A model generated the notes under the pieces. That model was not told where the DNA came from. It did no database searches and saw nothing but the letters and a program-made list of their open reading frames with translations. From Candidatus Uhrbacteria bacterium (GTDB lineage: Bacteria; Patescibacteriota; Patescibacteriia; UBA9934; GWF2-40-263), in the NCBI GenBank assembly GCA_016188495.1, contig JACPHU010000006.1:1857-65856 (forward strand): 64,000 bases of DNA, in the 5' to 3' direction. Both the position numbers and the translations under genes were made by a program. Numbering within the stretch: the stretch's first letter is position 1; every line of letters begins with the position of its first letter. This document shows positions 56,409 to 64,000 of this stretch, in pieces.

Positions 56409-57785
56409 ATGGTCAGTAATGTTATTGTCCCCACCGACCATGGTCCTGGGGACGGTGGCAAGGGCGGAGTCGTTCATCGACTTTGTTGCGATCGTCGAGT
56501 CCATACCGTTTTGAAAGAAGGGATGTTTTGCGGTAATCATGGGATCTGTACGGCTACAGGGCAGCGTTATGCCTTTAGTTTGTGGGGATGCGGAACGTTG
56601 GGAGGCGTGAGGACTCACTTTACTCAGCGATTTGTTGCCTCGGCCGTTGGGCTCCTTAATGAAGCGCGAGATTTGCGATATTTATTTGGAATTCATGATC
56701 CCTTTGAGTTGCTTACGATAGACGAACGCACCCTGTTTGCCACGTCTTATCACGGCTTCATGTCGCGTCTGAAGGAACTTGCTCTGGGGAAGAATCCGCG
56801 CGGGACCGTTGGCACAGGAGCAGGCGCTGGTTATCGCGATGCGCAGCGAGTTCCGGAACTGGCTCTTTATGCTCGAGATTTGTCACGACCGGATTTGAGA
56901 GATCGTCTCGCTGCTGTTCGTGAACAGGTTATTCGTGATCTGGAGCCGATCATTCAGAATGGGTTTCTTCCGGAGGATCAGGAAGCAGCCGATCAAGAGA
57001 TCAGTCATCTGTATGATGATGGATTTCTCGAGTATGTTGTGGATCAATTCCGGCAGGTAGCACGTCTGGTCAAAGTCGTGGGGCCTGAATATCTGGGTCA
57101 AGAGATTCTTTCCAAAGACGGCGTTGTCGTCGTGGAAAAGTCTCACGGCATTCTGACGGACCATTATCAGGGTTTCCATCCGCACACCAGTGCGATTCGG
57201 ACATTGCCGTCTTTCACGCGCTCAATGCTCGAAGAGGCTGAGTACCGCGGACGGATCACGGATATTGCGGTGCATCGGGCGTATCAAATCCGTCACGGTG
57301 CAGGACCCATGCCAACGCATGATCCTGCCATGGGCGAGCACTTGTTGCCTGGCAGCAACAAGGATGAAAATCGCTACCAGGGCAAGGTCCGCGTGGGACC
57401 GCTTGATCTGGTGATGCTACGCTACGCCCTTGCCTGTGCGGGCCCTATGAACGGCCTCGCCCTCACTTGGTTTGATCAGGTTCAGCTCAACGGCGAGTGG
57501 AACATTTGTCACCGTTACCGTGGGGCAGATGATCCACGATTCTTTACACCAGAGGGCGAGATCAAGGTTCGACAGGGGGATGACGAAGATCAGCTTGCTC
57601 ACCAAGAAGCTCTTGGCAAAGCGTTGCTGGAAGTCACTCCTGAGATCACGACCTACCCAATCTCCAAGAACGCTTCGCGCGAAGAGCTGTACAAACTGTG
57701 TACGGACATCCTTCAGGAACATCTTGGAATCCCCGTAAGAATGATTTCGTTTGGCCCTACCGAACGAGACAAACTTTGCAAATAA
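56409..57785 (+). CDS. Adenylosuccinate-synthetase-like ligase (divergent PurA homologue)
   Basis: GDGGKG P-loop, GTVGTGAG, RAYQIRHGAGPMPT, RVGPLDLVMLRYA, LALTWFD, SFGPT. Confidence 0.85.
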   Translation: MVSNVIVPTDHGPGDGGKGGVVHRLCCDRRVHTVLKEGMFCGNHGICTATGQRYAFSLWGCGTLGGVRTHFTQRFVASAVGLLNEARDLRYLFGIHDPFELLTIDERTLFATSYHGFMSRLKELALGKNPRGTVGTGAGAGYRDAQRVPELALYARDLSRPDLRDRLAAVREQVIRDLEPIIQNGFLPEDQEAADQEISHLYDDGFLEYVVDQFRQVARLVKVVGPEYLGQEILSKDGVVVVEKSHGILTDHYQGFHPHTSAIRTLPSFTRSMLEEAEYRGRITDIAVHRAYQIRHGAGPMPTHDPAMGEHLLPGSNKDENRYQGKVRVGPLDLVMLRYALACAGPMNGLALTWFDQVQLNGEWNICHRYRGADDPRFFTPEGEIKVRQGDDEDQLAHQEALGKALLEVTPEITTYPISKNASREELYKLCTDILQEHLGIPVRMISFGPTERDKLCK

Positions 57786-57859
57786 AAACGACCCGAGCAG
57801 TCACGACGACCGCTCGGGTTTTTCTTTTTTCTTCATCCCTTTACTACTCTACTACTTTG

Positions 57860-59743
57860 CTACTCACTACCTTTTTCTTTGGATACTTTCGGCAGAAAAA
57901 CATTTCTTACAAATAATTTCGTTGCTGTCTGTCGATATCCGGAATCCCAGAACATGCTTTGCCCATCAATCTGATCGGCATGGGGTGTTTGGATGCCTCC
58001 ATACGAAGGAAAAAAGCGTTCATATCCTTTGTGCATCAAACGGTATTGCAGGGTGTCGCGTTCTAATTCTTCCAAGTAGAGACCTCTGGCTTGGCGGCCA
58101 TGAATGGCGTTTGTCGGATCATCCGTCAAATAAGGCACCAGCAGTTTTTTACGCATGTCTTGTATGGCCCGCGTGTTACCTTCCCAAGCTGCTCCAAAAA
58201 GAACATGCGTCCAGGAACGTTCGCCCATGAACGGTTCAGATGTTTTTAGATCATTGCGAATCGTGAGCGTGTCTCCAGAGGTTTCAAGCCAAAATTGCAC
58301 AGCATCTCCTTCGATTCGTTCGTGAATAAATATGCGTTTCAGAAGATTTCGTATCTCTTCTTTTTGTTCCATCGGCGTTCCGGGTTTAACAAACACCGCG
58401 ACATCGATGTCGGAGTTTTGTGAACCGTATTTAAGCCTTGATCCAAATAAGAGAATAATAGGATAAACATATTTGGACAGTTCAGGATCTTTTTCTATGG
58501 CATGCGCGATATCGTTTATCTCGCGCAATTCTTTTTTCATCAGTTTGAGATTTTCAGAAAATGGTCCCTCGAGTGTGGGTAGAGAGATGTCTAACACACG
58601 AAGTTCTTTTTCATCCACCACATCTAGGCGATAGAGCCGGCGGAATGTTTTAGAAAGAGACTCTCGCAGATCAAAGGTTTCCTGTTCCTTCCAAAGATTT
58701 ATGAGGGTTCCATGGAACTGTTCGTACATTCTTTTTGCTTTTTCTGTATCCGTGTGCGCGATTTCTTCGATGGCTTTTCGGATTCCTTCAACGAGCGCTT
58801 TCTGGGTTTCAAGATGTACGTCTGGCGCAAGAAAGGCCTTTGCTGTTTCTTCACCAAACGTTTGGGTGACGACGACTGTTTTGATTCCCTCGCTCACTGC
58901 TTCGATAGATTTTCGTTTTTTTTCCTGTCTCATCCATGCCGTACGTTTTTTTGTTTCATATTCTTCTGTATCAATTTGCGCAAAGTCTCGTCCTAGACGC
59001 GCTTGGATTGATTCTAAGGTGATGGGTTTGATTTCCGGGATTTCTTTTTTTAGTGATTGAGTCTCTTGGGGAAAAAATCCTAGATCTGCCAACACAGGGA
59101 GTGTCTCTGTAATACTTTGTTTTAAGATGTTGTCTTCCGTCGTCTCTTTGAGGTCTGACACTTCCTGTGTTGTCATGAGACCTTTTTCAACAAGTTTTGG
59201 AATCAGGTGCGCCGCTTTCACGACCCGCGGAAGATCTCCGGTGCGCAGTTCTACTTCCATCACGTCACCATCCACAAAATTCGCACGAACATCCTGGATA
59301 CTCAACAATCGTTTCCACGTGTTCATGTAGACGTCTTTGAATCGTTCCATGGCGGGACGAAGAGTATCTGATGCAGGTTTCCAACTTGAATCAGGAAGAA
59401 ATTCAAAAGGGAGATACAAAAGGATTCGTCTATATTCAGGATAGGTTTCAAGAAGATCACTTACTGAAGTATAGAGATCCTCGATTTGGCCTTCTGTCAG
59501 GCAATGCTGTTCGACGGCTTCTTGAAGCGAAACATCGGGTCGTGGAAGACGATCTATCACAACCGTTAGCCGTTCATTGAGAACTCTGCGCGATTCTAAT
59601 TCCCCTAGAAATTCTTTGTTGTGTGAGAGCTCTTTAGCCCAGGTGTTTTCAAGCCCTGTTGGACGCAAAAAGGTCTCAATCGCCGGAGAAACCACAGGGA
59701 TTTTAGGTTCCATTTCAGCTCTTTGTTCTAAATTTTCTTTCAT
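57860..59743 (-). CDS. Large hypothetical protein with C-terminal Pol-beta-type nucleotidyltransferase domain
   Basis: LLFGSRLKYGSQNSDIDVAVFV (hG[S]x9-13DhD). Confidence 0.7.
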   Translation of the reverse strand: MKENLEQRAEMEPKIPVVSPAIETFLRPTGLENTWAKELSHNKEFLGELESRRVLNERLTVVIDRLPRPDVSLQEAVEQHCLTEGQIEDLYTSVSDLLETYPEYRRILLYLPFEFLPDSSWKPASDTLRPAMERFKDVYMNTWKRLLSIQDVRANFVDGDVMEVELRTGDLPRVVKAAHLIPKLVEKGLMTTQEVSDLKETTEDNILKQSITETLPVLADLGFFPQETQSLKKEIPEIKPITLESIQARLGRDFAQIDTEEYETKKRTAWMRQEKKRKSIEAVSEGIKTVVVTQTFGEETAKAFLAPDVHLETQKALVEGIRKAIEEIAHTDTEKAKRMYEQFHGTLINLWKEQETFDLRESLSKTFRRLYRLDVVDEKELRVLDISLPTLEGPFSENLKLMKKELREINDIAHAIEKDPELSKYVYPIILLFGSRLKYGSQNSDIDVAVFVKPGTPMEQKEEIRNLLKRIFIHERIEGDAVQFWLETSGDTLTIRNDLKTSEPFMGERSWTHVLFGAAWEGNTRAIQDMRKKLLVPYLTDDPTNAIHGRQARGLYLEELERDTLQYRLMHKGYERFFPSYGGIQTPHADQIDGQSMFWDSGYRQTATKLFVRNVFLPKVSKEKGSE

Positions 59744-59959
59744 AAGTACCTTAAAAATACTCTAAATACGGATCTTTTTCAATAAAAACACCCCGAAACA
59801 CGTCGGGGTTTTTCTATTGACAAAATGGCTATTTTATGGTACTTTATATCGTCTTTTGGGAGGTTTTTGGATCGATTGGTCCTTTAACTCTCTTTATGAC
59901 GCAATAAGTTTTTCGTTTTCGTTTCAGTTTTTTCAACGCACAATCTGGAGGAAGTACCC

Positions 59960-60890
59960 ATGGATCCACGAGAACTCACAGACAACGAACGCCGTCTCGC
60001 CGTACCCGAAGAGAAGCGAACCGGGATTATCCTGCTCATCAAGCAGGTATTGCTCCTGGATACTCTGGAGCAAGCAGCTTCTTTCTTCGTTGCTCTGCGC
60101 GGTCGCGCCGAAGGGCGAGTTGTGCTGACCTTCGGAGAACTTCGCACCTTGGCCAACACCGCCAAGATCGTTCAGGCGGGTGCGAAAGCGGGTATCGAGG
60201 ATGTGGAGAGCCAGGCAGTGGATTTTGCCGACGTCCTGGCCTCTATCGCTGATCCCAACATGCCCATCTGCGAGAAATGTCACCGCTATGCGGTTGACGT
60301 GGAAGGCAGTGTTGTCACCCTTATCAAGGGAGTTCGTTGCCCCCGGTCTTTACGAGATCAGTGACCTGGTTCGCGACGCTCTGGAACAGGAGGGACTCAA
60401 GACCGAGGAAGGGGAGATTAATGTGGCTCACTTCCTCATGTATCTGGCCCATGATCCTTCCGTCGCTTCCCGTTTCCGAGGCAAGGACGAGGTGCTCGTA
60501 TCATTGGGTAGGCCGAGTATGTTCGGAGCCTATGATCTGACCTCGGTTCGCGCCGAAGTGAGGAAGGGGTGGAAGCCCACCTTTGGCAACGAGACGCCGC
60601 CTCCCGTTCAGAAGAAGGCGAGTTCCGGTGCTCCTCTTTCTCTGACTCGGGAACAGATAAAGATTTTGAGGAAGATCCTCGGTGAGCTAATCTATGATCC
60701 CTCTGCCATCAGAATGGTCGTCGAAGACGCAGGTCTTATCGTATGGAGGATTGAGATAAGCGGAGTGCCAGAAATAATTTGGGAGAACATCATCAAGGAG
60801 GCAGACAAAGAGGTGCGTCTGCGTGCTTTGATCGAGACGCTCAGTGAGCGTTACCCCGCCAATCAGACGCTGAAGTCTTTTCTCAACTGA
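59960..60890 (+). pseudogene. Probable single gene split by a +1 frameshift in a C5 run (60340-60344); Cys/His motif plus C-terminal EAD1-like domain
   Basis: RBS GGAGG; removing one C gives CEKCH...GVRCPGLYEISDLVRDAL; C-terminus LTREQIKILRKIL...IWENIIKEA..EVRLRALIETLSERYPANQTL; TTGACA promoter at 59817. Confidence 0.6.
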
Positions 60891-60916
60891 GGGAGACTTC
60901 ACGATACGAGCAGGAT

Positions 60917-62011
60917 CTACGAAGATCCTGCTTTTTTATTCTCACATTTTTTTACGATTTTTCCTTTGGTCAAAATGCCTGATTTGTAGAGTTCAAGAAG
61001 TCCTAACAATGCGGCTAAAATGGTTGGGCCGGCGATGGAGCCGACGGCACCGAACGAGGCGAGGCCTCCCAGGACGCTCAAAAGGACCAGAAAGGAATTC
61101 ATGTGCGCTTTGCCGCCGATCAGGTGCGGACCCACGACGTTGTCGATGGTACTGACAAAGACAAGAGACCAAATCAAAAGACCAAGAGCGGCTCCTGTTG
61201 AACCGGTAAAAAAGAGATAGGCAATGGCGGGGATCAATACGATCGATGTTCCCAGAAGTGGGACAAGACCAACCAGTGCTGTGAGGGCTCCCCAAATAAG
61301 CGAACCGGGAACTCCGAAGATGGTCATTCCAAGTCCGGCGATGAATCCTTGGATGATCGCCACAAGCATGACGCCAAACACCACAGAGCGAATGGTGTTC
61401 ACGATACGTTTGAGGAGTTTTTCATCCGCTCCATCTTCTAACGGTGAGAGAGCGAGAACGTCTTTATAGAGTTTGTCTCGATTCACCAGAATGTAATAGA
61501 GCGATAAGAAGAAAATAAACGCGTGCAAAATGAGTTTGGTCGTGCTTGAAAAAAGATTACCGACATTTTCAAACGCCCAGGAGGCGATAGATTTCCCCAT
61601 CTGCGCTAGATCGATTTCCATCAGTTCTTTTTGTACAGGAGCAGGAAGGGCTTGAATCAACGGGGAAGTCGCGGGATTGAGTTTTTCAAGCCAGCTTGTG
61701 TCATCAAAAGATGTCTTAATCAGATCAGAGGCTTGTGTGACCATGAGAAAAAGGGTGATAAGCAATGGAATGAAGATTAAGAAAAATGTTCCAAGCACAA
61801 GCAGGATCGCTGAAAAACGAGGACGTTTCAGCCAGACTCGAAGTTTCCGGTCAATCGGTGACAAAATAACGGCTACCACTCCGGCAATCAGCAGAACTAA
61901 GATAAATGGCTGAATGACTCGCCAAAATAAATAAAGCACGACGGCGGTTACCAGAAGAAAAAACCATTTTTCAATCGTCATGTGCTCAGGAAGTTGTTTT
62001 GTCATAGTCAT
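60917..62011 (-). CDS. AI-2E family (PerM-like) transporter
   Basis: Multi-TM; VPLLGTSIV.IP, IDNVVGP, LGGLASFGAVG...GP. Confidence 0.9.
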   Translation of the reverse strand: MTMTKQLPEHMTIEKWFFLLVTAVVLYLFWRVIQPFILVLLIAGVVAVILSPIDRKLRVWLKRPRFSAILLVLGTFFLIFIPLLITLFLMVTQASDLIKTSFDDTSWLEKLNPATSPLIQALPAPVQKELMEIDLAQMGKSIASWAFENVGNLFSSTTKLILHAFIFFLSLYYILVNRDKLYKDVLALSPLEDGADEKLLKRIVNTIRSVVFGVMLVAIIQGFIAGLGMTIFGVPGSLIWGALTALVGLVPLLGTSIVLIPAIAYLFFTGSTGAALGLLIWSLVFVSTIDNVVGPHLIGGKAHMNSFLVLLSVLGGLASFGAVGSIAGPTILAALLGLLELYKSGILTKGKIVKKCENKKAGSS

Positions 62012-62075
62012 TCTAGTTTACCTTTTTTAAAGGAATCAAAAAACCCGTACGTGTGTACGGGTTTGCGTAGGAACT

Positions 62076-63758
62076 TTAAGGTTGTGTACTTGCACCCATA
62101 AGGTGTGATTGTGTGTTGGTACAGGAATTTTGCCAGAGCATCTGAATCTGCGCGCACATGTTTTCAATCTCGGTAGACGTAGTTTGGGTTGTCTGGATTT
62201 TTTCCCCTCGCAACCAAGCGAACGTCTGTTCTCGAGTTTCAAACGGTCCGTATACCTGATTGGTGCCAGAGTCGACGAACACCGTTGCCACCACCCTGGC
62301 ATAATCAGCTGGTGTGATGGAGAGCATCCAGAAGAGATGATCCTGACCGTCTGGGGTCACTGGACGCGGTTCAATAATGCGATAGGTTCCGCTGGAGTTT
62401 GCTCCTTCCCCTTCATGCCAGACGTAGTTGGGAAGAGCTTTCACGTACGAGATCACCTTTTTGGGTCCTTGCAGATTGCTCGGACGCCCTTCTTTGTCAT
62501 AGCGATAGACTTGTCGCTTGCCGGTTTTGCTGTTGATCAGATACACCCGCATGAGGGAGAACGCCTCCCCGTCGGGTTCTACGGTGGCAAGATAACTGTA
62601 ACTGCCATTTTCCATGGGAAGGAAGAACGGCATTTGCTCTTTTCCCGGAAGATCCGGAATTTCGATTTTCCCCGGACGTCGGATAAACCCGTACCACATT
62701 TGTTCCAAGAAGCTTTCGCCGACATCGTATCGTTCTGAGTAGATGTAGGTTTCCGCTAATTTTTCAGGGAACAGTCGTTGTGTACGAGACAGACGATCAT
62801 CGGATGCTGCTTTTGTGGGAGACAGATTTTCTACCGAGCCGTCTGCATGGAAGATCGCCACCCCGCCCCATTGCGGGATCATCAGACCCCACCAAAAACG
62901 ATAAGAGATATACGGAACCACACCAAGGATTTCCTGGACAGATCCATCTGTCTTATACACCGGGGCATAATAGATTTCAGGATAACTGTTGAGAAATCCA
63001 ACCTTTCGTATCAATTGGCGGTAGACGTCGTCTAGAACCTCCATTCCCTCGCCCCATTGGAACGGGGCGCTGGAGAGCGTCTTTACTCGTTGGGCAGCTT
63101 CGTCTGTCCCGCCATCATCGTAGTACATAAACCCTGTGTTGTGTTCAAACAGAGCATTGTACAAACCTTGGGGAACCAGAGGGGCGATATAGGCCACGCC
63201 CGTGCTGCTTCCAATAGGTCTGGTTTTTCCTGGGGTGAACTGGGAAGTTTGTGTGCGGCGCACGATTTCTTCTGCTGCCACTTGCGCAGGAGTGTAACGG
63301 ACAAGTGCATTTGAAACACGAGGAAGTGTATCGATTTCCTCAAATTGGGCATCTTTGTGGATCTGCACCCAACGCGCACCGCCTGAAAAGGCAATGACGA
63401 GAGCTGCGGCTAGCACAGAAGCCAATATCGAACTTCCGACGATAGGACTGAAGTAACCTCTCCACCCTTCTTCGGGAAAGATATATCTACGCAGAAAGCG
63501 GAAGGCCACATACAGCGTGAGCAACCCTGCAATCCACATCGGGGCTTTGAGAAAAGCGATTTCAAACACCCAGTGGTGCACCCATACCGGAGCTATTTGA
63601 TAGATCAGGAACAGACACACGCTCAACGGGATCATCATCCCTACATAATTAGCGAACAGAAATCGCATGAGACGATGAAACGTCGTTTTTTGCGTGTAGT
63701 GCTTCTCGACGTCTTTCTTGATACGTCTCATGATTTGCCACAGATCAAACGGACTCAT
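62076..63758 (-). CDS. Hypothetical membrane protein with large extracytoplasmic domain
   Basis: RBS GGAGGAG; three N-terminal TM helices; overlaps the upstream peptidase stop. Confidence 0.7.
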   Translation of the reverse strand: MSPFDLWQIMRRIKKDVEKHYTQKTTFHRLMRFLFANYVGMMIPLSVCLFLIYQIAPVWVHHWVFEIAFLKAPMWIAGLLTLYVAFRFLRRYIFPEEGWRGYFSPIVGSSILASVLAAALVIAFSGGARWVQIHKDAQFEEIDTLPRVSNALVRYTPAQVAAEEIVRRTQTSQFTPGKTRPIGSSTGVAYIAPLVPQGLYNALFEHNTGFMYYDDGGTDEAAQRVKTLSSAPFQWGEGMEVLDDVYRQLIRKVGFLNSYPEIYYAPVYKTDGSVQEILGVVPYISYRFWWGLMIPQWGGVAIFHADGSVENLSPTKAASDDRLSRTQRLFPEKLAETYIYSERYDVGESFLEQMWYGFIRRPGKIEIPDLPGKEQMPFFLPMENGSYSYLATVEPDGEAFSLMRVYLINSKTGKRQVYRYDKEGRPSNLQGPKKVISYVKALPNYVWHEGEGANSSGTYRIIEPRPVTPDGQDHLFWMLSITPADYARVVATVFVDSGTNQVYGPFETREQTFAWLRGEKIQTTQTTSTEIENMCAQIQMLWQNSCTNTQSHLMGASTQP

Positions 63759-64000
63759 GGTTCTCCTCCCTCAGTTGATTGAGCATGTTGATTCGTTTAG
63801 ACATGTCCGGATGACTCAAGAGAAGTTCATCCATTCTGTTTCTCTGCAGATGGTCCAAAAGGGTTTTCTTTCTTTTGGGTTCATTGGTTTCATGCCAAGT
63901 CCTCATTTTTTTGAAGGCACTAATCATCGGTTCAACATCTTCTGTGAGATACGCACTGTAGGCATCGGCGGCATATTCTCGCAGTTGGGTAATGCCTGCG
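63745..64000 (-). CDS. M48/HtpX-family metallopeptidase, C-terminal fragment (truncated by the window edge)
   Basis: REYAADAYSA and SHPDMSKRI in one frame. Confidence 0.75.
   Translation of the reverse strand, partial: AGITQLREYAADAYSAYLTEDVEPMISAFKKMRTWHETNEPKRKKTLLDHLQRNRMDELLLSHPDMSKRINMLNQLREENHESV

Noticed and set aside
56409-57785. PurZ (2-aminoadenine pathway) assignment
   Set aside because: P-loop Asp is retained (GDGGKG) rather than the Ser typical of PurZ, and no adjacent datZ, mazZ or polymerase
56409-57785. Housekeeping purA symbol
   Set aside because: Several canonical motifs are remodelled and the context is kinase/vWA, not purine synthesis
57785-59813. Duplicated palindromes flanking the nucleotidyltransferase gene
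   Set aside because: Similarity limited to short CCCGA/TCGGG stems with A/T tails; ordinary terminators suffice

Overview
Bacterial chromosome window, most likely from a Patescibacteria/CPR (Parcubacteria-like) organism. This is inferred from the unlinked 16S gene and its primer-site variants, a hinge-less short SMC, TrmB-like regulators and the CPR-type pilin cluster. Housekeeping content: the 3' part of rpoB, rpoC, yebC, ruvC, four tRNAs (Gly, Pro, Ile, Phe), a stand-alone 16S rRNA, khpA-pyrD-trmD, rlmN, rpsP, smc, a DHH phosphoesterase, clpP, arfB, ribE-ribH and rseP, plus a two-component system running into a type IV pilus cluster. Most notable observations: (1) a promoter-driven ~1.5 kb region (35095-36560) that is almost wall-to-wall hairpins with nested long-range helices, a candidate undescribed large structured RNA; (2) a GC-rich island (51531-57785, probably also 59960-60890) encoding a SAM-like protein, a Zn-ribbon protein, a pseudokinase, a vWA protein, a divergent adenylosuccinate-synthetase homologue and a frameshifted EAD1-like protein, a candidate nucleotide-based conflict/signalling system; (3) a ~130-nt covarying rod-hairpin family forming the transcribed 5' leaders of two tRNAs; (4) several small palindromic elements that insert into each other and into a tRNA fragment; (5) unusual proteins (flavin-reductase-PAS-histidine kinase fusion, CoaD-CoaE fusion, beta-barrel-like secreted protein). 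All calls come from reading the sequence and ORF translations by eye; no database searches or folding programs were run.
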